This document shows, one piece after another, positions 63,274 to 64,000 of a stretch of DNA of 64,000 bases. The notes under the pieces were generated by a model, which ran no database searches, was not told the DNA's origin, and saw only the letters and a list, made by a program, of their open reading frames with translations. Both the position numbers and the translations under genes were made by a program. Source of the DNA: a virus; IMG/VR virus record IMGVR_UViG_3300028400_000003, positions 1-64,000 of that record; one strand, 5' to 3'. Positions within the stretch are counted from its first letter, which is position 1. Each line of letters begins with the position of its first letter.

Positions 63274-64000
63274 ATGAACCCTAGAGTATCCAAGCGTGGC
63301 GACTACTGGTTCCCAGAGCTAGCCCTAGCTCAGGGGCCGGTGGAAATAGCCGTTACTGGTTCAGATTACGCAAGCCTTTTCGGCCATGTTTGGGCCGTAG
63401 CGCTCGAAGAGGCAGGCGAGGTGGCGTTGTATCAATACGACGCTGCGGCCACAACCTGGAACAAGAAGAGCACGATCACGGATGTACCTACACCGGTCAA
63501 TAAGATGCGCCACATCAGCCTGGCTTTCGATCAGGCAGCCCGGCCCATCATTGCCTATGAGCACGTAGACACGCAGCAGATTTACATCCGGCAATGGGAT
63601 GCTACGGCCAGCGCTTTTGTCTACCGGGGACCGTTTGACGGGGTTGATCCGGTGCTGGTCAACGATGCCGTAGCCCACTATCAAGTGAACGACAGTGATA
63701 TTTTGTGCTACCACTTAACAAAAGATAGGCTTACGTTGGTAGTGAGGGTTCAGCGTGAGCAATATTCCACCGCATACACACAGGAAACGCTTGCAGAGGC
63801 GGTATATCTAGACCAGGTGGCGGCGTTGCCGCTTCGGCTTGAGCTTGCTGGCTCCACCCTTGACGCACCTAATACCACAGGCTATGCACGTGTCACCGGC
63901 CTGTATCCTTATAACGCAGATGACCTGTTAGCTACAGCTAGCTATGTACCTGCACAATCCGCAATCTACCATCCGATAGTCGTTGTTGTTGACGTTGGCG
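63274..64000 (+). CDS. tail-tip protein, copy 2 (runs off the window)
   Basis: MNPRVSKRGDYWFPELALAQGPVEI, paralog of 61098. Confidence 0.75.
   Translation, partial: MNPRVSKRGDYWFPELALAQGPVEIAVTGSDYASLFGHVWAVALEEAGEVALYQYDAAATTWNKKSTITDVPTPVNKMRHISLAFDQAARPIIAYEHVDTQQIYIRQWDATASAFVYRGPFDGVDPVLVNDAVAHYQVNDSDILCYHLTKDRLTLVVRVQREQYSTAYTQETLAEAVYLDQVAALPLRLELAGSTLDAPNTTGYARVTGLYPYNADDLLATASYVPAQSAIYHPIVVVVDVG

Overview
About 64 kb of a GC-rich (roughly 60% by eye), long-tailed dsDNA phage (siphovirus-like) genome. Almost every gene is on the + strand. The host is plausibly in the Deinococcus-Thermus group; this is inferred from leaderless TAnnnT-ATG promoters, the tmRNA tag style and tRNA identity features. 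Layout: (1) 1-22 kb, accessory/early cassettes behind repeated TTGACA-17-TATA(A/C)T promoters, encoding a dNMP kinase, Gp3-like recombination protein, MoxR AAA + vWA pair, Csx16-like candidate ring nuclease, exonuclease, dUTPase, CCA-adding enzyme and metallophosphoesterase. (2) 22-26.4 kb, tmRNA, 10 tRNAs, RNA ligase and RuvC, with two paralogous, covarying structured non-coding elements between the tRNAs. (3) 26.5-32 kb, more cassettes, including a beta-clamp homolog and a paralog triplet. (4) 32-36 kb, a glycosyltransferase/MTase-like/PAPS-reductase/ParB module next to the terminase. (5) 36-64 kb, head and tail genes, interrupted by a 6 kb accessory insertion, with a -1 frameshifted tail chaperone and a duplicated tail-tip module. 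No integrase, DNA polymerase or CRISPR array is visible. All product calls come from motif recognition by eye, not database searches.
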